A DNA stretch of 62,979 nt, counting the filler, from Aduncisulcus paluster (taxonomy: Eukaryota): assembly GCA_024181965.1 (NCBI GenBank). It is 10 parts of 10 records of this genome, joined end to end, with 100 filler letters (N's around TTAATTAATTAA, not from the genome) between each part and the next. Parts side by side here need not be neighbours in the genome. Positions count along the whole stretch, not along the records: positions 58,110 to 60,806 come from BQXS01011643.1; positions 60,907 to 62,979 come from BQXS01011648.1; 8 more parts are not named here. One strand, 5' to 3'. Both the position numbers and the translations under genes were made by a program. The notes below the pieces were generated by a model, which saw nothing but the letters and a program-made list of their open reading frames with translations, was not told the origin of the DNA and did no database searches. Positions 59,990-62,979 of this stretch are shown piece after piece (the first letter of the stretch is position 1; every line of letters begins with the position of its first letter).

Positions 59990-60806
59990 ATGGAACATGA
60001 CATTTCCCCGCAGTCGAATCCAACTCCAATTCCAATGCCATCTCCAACAATATATATAAGAAGGTAACCTTGTTTAACATTTTAAAAGGCGGAAACGTTG
60101 TTTTATATTCTCATGATCGTGGTAAACATGAATTAGTTCCATGTTGTGACGTATTAATTGAAGGTGGCAAGATTTCAGCTGTTGGTCCCGATCTTGATTT
60201 ATCGAAGCATGGATTTGTAACCCCAATCGAGATAATTGATTGTTCTGGCAAACTGATTATTACTTCAGGAGGAATAGATCCACACGTTCACTTAAATTAT
60301 CCACAGGGAGGCTATCGTAATTTCAGCGCTGATAATTGGTACACTGGAACCTCAGCAGCTGTTGCCGGAGGAACAACGACTGTTATTGATTTTATTAAGG
60401 ATTTTATTGAGGCCTCATCGAGTTTCTTCTGAATCATACTCCTCAACTCTTGATAAACGCAAGAAAGAGGCCGAAGAGGGTGCCGTTGCCGATTTTACCC
60501 TTCACATGACCATGAATATGACTGCTCCCACGCATTTATCTGAGATTCCCGATATTATTTCCAAGGGAGTCCGTTCATCCAAGATATACCTTGCATACGA
60601 TGGTATTCGTCTCACGTCAGCCCAGTTAATCCCTGCCTTAGAAGCCATTGCCAGACACAAAGGTATTGCCATTGTTCACGCAGAAACGCATGACATGATC
60701 ATGTCAGAGCAACAAAAGGTCAAATCCAAAGGGTTATCCCATCCCAAACACCACTGTGGCTGCCACCCAGCCATTGGAGAAGAACTGGCCATCCATGCAT
60801 TCGGTA
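59990..60806 (+). pseudogene. Dihydropyrimidinase/D-hydantoinase with two frame disruptions, 3'-partial
   Basis: GGIDPHVH, GTSAAVAGGTTTVIDF, SKIYLAY (carbamylated Lys) and VHAE. Frame breaks at ~60060-60088 and ~60411. Could be a pseudogene, an intron plus errors, or poor consensus. Confidence 0.85.
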
Positions 60807-60906
60807 NNNNNNNNNNNNNNNNNNNNNNNNNNNNNNNNNNNNNNNNNNNNTTAATTAATTAANNNNNNNNNNNNNNNNNNNNNNNNNNNNNNNNNNNNNN
60901 NNNNNN

Positions 60907-62249
60907 ACAGGTTAAAGGGGGTCCCCATGGCTCTCCGTAGACGAGGTCGACTTGAATATGAGATTGTTGTCCAACCGCCTGATTCCACTGAACGATTCAA
61001 CCTTTTGCAACTCCTGTTGAAGAACAAAACACATTCGATATCCGTTGAGGACCTTCAAATGGCTGCCGATAGGTGCGTGGGCTTTGTTGGGGCTGATATT
61101 GAAGCTGCAATGAGATACGCTGTTCTTGCTCTTGTGAAGGAGGCTCGAAAACATGAGATTTCTGTTTGTGAAACCAGTTATGTTGATCAGATTAAGAATA
61201 GCCTAAGAATAGATCATCTATTATTAGGAATAGCATCGGTAACACCGGCTGCTCTTCGATCATCCTTATCAATCTCTTCATCTGGTTCATGGGATGACAT
61301 CGGGGGGTATTCAGATCTAAAAATAGCACTGAGAAAGAGTGTTGATCCTGACTATTTAAGAACCCTCCAATCTCATGGTCTACCCCCGAGTAACGGAGTC
61401 TTTCTCTACGGACCTCCTGGATGTGCCAAAACGATGCTTGCACGTGCTCTTGCGGGAGAAGTTGGAAGCTCGTTCCTGGCTGTGAACTCGACCCAACTTC
61501 TTTCCCCATATGTTGGAGAGACAGAGGAACGTATTCGAGATGTGTTTGAGCGGGCAAAAGGCTTGTCGCCGTGTGTTCTTTTTCTCGATGAAGTGGATAG
61601 TCTATGCGGCATTGATAAGGAGACACCCGCCATCGCAAGAGCATGCAGTACTGTTTTATTAGAGATTGATAAGTGTGCATCCGAAAGACAGGATTGTGAA
61701 GCAGTAACAGAGTCAGGAGCTGGAAAGCTATCTTTGTCTGCTTGTTCTGGAATACATGAAGAATCTTCAAAGAAAAAATCATCATATGCAAAGAAGCCAA
61801 CGTCGTCCATTCAAGTGTTCGTCGTATGCGCCACAAACACCCCATGGAACGTGGATAGGGCTCTTTTTAGTGCAGGAAGAGTTGGGACAAGCGTGTTGGT
61901 AAGTCCTCCAGGTGTTGAAGAACGACAAGAGATTGTTGAGAAACAGCTTGGTGATTCTTTGTCAGGTGTAATATGTGATGTATCCCTTCGGAATAAGATT
62001 ATACACGTATGTGATGGATATACAGGAGCAGAATTAGTCGCTGTGTGCACTCATGCTTGTTTATCTGCATCCAAACGGGAATTATGTGAAGTTTCTGTTG
62101 AAAAGGATGGAAGAATATCATTCAACGGTCCGAATAGAGCAAATTTTGTAACGATCACAGAAGAAGATATCAAAAACGGATTGAAAATGGTGAAACCCAG
62201 GGTGACGGAAGAATTGATGAAGAAATATCATGCTTTCAAGGCACAATAA
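60907..62249 (+). CDS. CDC48-family double AAA+ ATPase, AFG2/SPATA5L1-like, 5'-partial
   Basis: D1 tail ALRRRGRLEYEI and GFVGADI. D2 WDDIGG, LYGPPGCAKT, LLSPYVGETE, LFLDEVD, ATNTP. Confidence 0.88.
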
Positions 62250-62979
62250 GTAAAAAAATACGAGATACTCGCCTTATCATTCTTCTTCCCATGTTTTTCA
62301 GTTCCTTCTTGAAGTTTTCTCTAAGAGAAATTCTCTTTCCATTTCCATTCAAATATACCTATAAATTAGATAGCATAAATATTAATAGTTAATGATTTTT
62401 TTTAGATATAATATACCTATACACACTGTAAACATCAAATAGTTCAGTCCATTGGAGATAAGAGCATATATAAGTAAAATATGAGGTTTAATGCAATATT
62501 ATGAACTTGTAAATTCCAGACTATATCGTTTTGATTCAAATTCATTCTCAACTCGGCATTGGCAAGACCAAAAAGATCATTGATAACAAAAGCATCAAGG
62601 AGTCCGAATTCACGGATTCATTTGTTTTGAAAGGGTTTTATGAAACGGTTAAAACCATCTCAAAACTTGGATAAGATTCATCAATAATACTCTTGTTGAC
62701 AAAAACACGATCCTTAGTTTTCGTTCGAATCCTTCCCTGGGAACACATTGAAGTGCTCGTTGTCGGGATAAATATTGTATTGATCGATCAGAACCGTATG
62801 TATCTATTGTCGTATTATCCTCCTTGCCATTGTTAAGTTTTCTGCGATGGGATATCATGGAACTTGTTGATATTATTGTGATCTTATCGGCCCTAGTAAG
62901 TTTGTTTTGTTTTATTGATTCTCTAAAATTATCTTGCTCATCAAGACTTGCTGCACATGCCCTTTATAAAATCTAGTGG

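Noticed and set aside
1..62979. Non-standard genetic code (hexamitid TAR=Gln)
   Set aside because: Conserved genes end at TAA or TAG at expected positions (DNase II, midasin, ABCA), and long ORFs have no internal TAR.
62586..62979. Minus-strand coding-like patch at the window end
   Set aside because: Stops in all frames and no recognisable homology, so it cannot be supported.

Overview
This is not contiguous DNA. It is ten short contigs/scaffolds of an AT-rich, intron-poor unicellular eukaryote (standard genetic code; TAA, TAG and TGA all used as stops), joined by artificial 100-bp N-TTAATTAATTAA-N linkers. Four 20-N scaffold gaps also have overlapping flanks. From memory, the protein families resemble a free-living fornicate/Carpediemonas-like metamonad such as Aduncisulcus; this is an unverified inference. 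Recognisable genes: two ABCA transporters, an ABCC transporter, Vps8-like, DNase II, eEF2, midasin, an AFG2/SPATA5L1-like AAA ATPase, a Roadblock/LAMTOR-like protein, a frameshifted dihydropyrimidinase, lineage-specific kinases, an intron-containing tRNA-Tyr, and a Gly/Pro/Phe/His repeat protein. The 47.7-58.0 kb contig is a nest of decayed transposons (Ty3/Gypsy, RLE non-LTR, PIF/Harbinger, hAT). The strongest leads are: (1) Ty3/Gypsy-like elements whose LTR ends run into perfect AT-rich palindromes instead of a tRNA primer-binding site; (2) a repeated DOC/APC10-like jelly-roll domain found tandemly fused to a kinase and again in a divergent unlinked gene; (3) a 5'-truncated RLE non-LTR element with a 10-bp TSD whose removal restores a Gypsy RT frame; (4) a prion-repeat-like [11 protein letters not shown] protein.
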